Below, piece after piece: positions 63,041 to 64,000 of a DNA stretch of 64,000 nt (positions within the stretch are counted from its first letter, which is position 1; the number at the start of each line of letters is the position of its first letter). Origin of the DNA: Arenicellales bacterium (GTDB taxonomy: Bacteria; Pseudomonadota; Gammaproteobacteria; Arenicellales; JAJDZL01). Where the stretch lies: the NCBI GenBank assembly GCA_965202855.1, contig CBDBBP010000004.1, positions 1,225,775 through 1,289,774 on the forward strand. The letters run 5' to 3'. Under the pieces are notes generated by a model. That model was not told where the DNA came from, searched no databases, and was given only the letters and a program-made list of their open reading frames with translations. The position numbers and the translations under genes are program-made.

Positions 63041-63241
63041 GGCATTGCCGTAAGCGCCGATCGGATTTCATGGCACTTGCAAAGCTGTGAGCCGCAATTC
63101 GACTGTACAAGCGGCCCGGCAACTCGGCTGGGAGTGCCGGCAGCGCGGGTCAGGTCCAAAACCCAACCCACACTGTCAGCAGCGATATGCGAACATCTGG
63201 TCACGGTCGGTTCATCACAGACTAAGCCAGAGACCATCAAG

Positions 63242-64000
63242 CTAGATTGCGCTCCAGCGTTTGACAAGTTCGTCGTAGTTGACGGTTTCACCTTGCGGCT
63301 TTTCTTCAACTTTGGCTTTGGGTGAACCGGGCTTGTTCAGCCATTCGGCCGGATCGCTTTCTTCATTAAGTCGCGGACCGCAGCCACCGTAGGTGCCGTT
63401 CCGTTCGTCAGCAACCTGCATTCTTGCCATCACCTGATCCATTTCCGAAGCCAGCCGATCCATGGCTTGCTGTGGTGTGAACGCACCGGAGTTCACATCA
63501 CCGATCTGTTGCCACCAGATTTGTGCCAGTTTTGGGTAATCCGGTACATTGATGCCTGTGGGCGACCATCGCACCCGGTCAGGAGAGCGATAGAACTCAA
63601 CCAGCCCGCCGAGTTTCGGCGCACGTTCGGTGAATGACTCATGGCGAATGTCGCTGTCACGTATGGGGGTTAGTCCCACGTGAGTCTTTTTCAGAGATAC
63701 GGTTTTGGAAACTGTAAACTGAGCGTATAGCCAAGCAGCCTTGCGGCGGTCAACCGGAGTTGACTTGAATAGCGTCCATGAACCGGCGTCCTGATAGCCG
63801 AGCTTCTGCCCTTCTTCCCAGTATGGACCATGGGGTGAGGGAGCCATTCTCCAAAGCGGGTTTCCTTCATCATCGACCGTATTGTTGCCGTCGCTCTTGG
63901 GGGCAACCATGGATGCGGTGAATGCGGTATACCAGAAAATCTGCTGGGCGACGTTGCCTTGCGAAAGGGCTGGCAGCGACTGATAAAAATCGTAGCTGGC
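63242..64000 (-). CDS. Glycerol ABC transporter substrate-binding protein (GlpV-like), partial at window edge
   Basis: QGNVAQQIFWYTAF, WRMAPSPHGPYW, GYQDAGSWT, NVPDYPKLAQ. Confidence 0.9.
   Translation of the reverse strand, partial: ASYDFYQSLPALSQGNVAQQIFWYTAFTASMVAPKSDGNNTVDDEGNPLWRMAPSPHGPYWEEGQKLGYQDAGSWTLFKSTPVDRRKAAWLYAQFTVSKTVSLKKTHVGLTPIRDSDIRHESFTERAPKLGGLVEFYRSPDRVRWSPTGINVPDYPKLAQIWWQQIGDVNSGAFTPQQAMDRLASEMDQVMARMQVADERNGTYGGCGPRLNEESDPAEWLNKPGSPKAKVEEKPQGETVNYDELVKRWSAI

Overview
Bacterial, probably marine proteobacterial, chromosome segment. A host-associated (sponge-symbiont-like) lifestyle is inferred from an SwfA-like PKS, DUF1640-type paralogs and dense IS debris. Intact metabolic blocks: an AGCS amino-acid symporter; a glnT-like/MetX-like/DUF2520 operon; a purine catabolism cluster (puuD-uraH-xdhABC plus ABC transporter); tauE, matB, SDR, TauD dioxygenase, pdxJ and an FAH-family gene; a polyamine-type ABC transporter with a LysR; an orphan molybdopterin large subunit; a Fic protein; and a glycerol ABC transporter with glpK, whose glpD and glpR are decayed. 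These are interleaved with mobile DNA: IS1595, IS5 and IS4 remnants, a group II intron 5' fragment, and an ISNCY element interrupted by an apparently intact IS4 element (TIRs plus 8-bp TSD). That IS4 transposase is fused to a DUF4338/DruA-like (Mom-like GNAT) domain. Most unusual signals: the GNAT-transposase fusion; a phage-like cassette with two atypical tRNA genes beside an 80-bp inverted-repeat element holding a perfect Fur-box palindrome; the truncated SwfA-like PKS; and the uncharacterised glutamylation-type operon. All calls come from reading motifs by eye; no searches were run.
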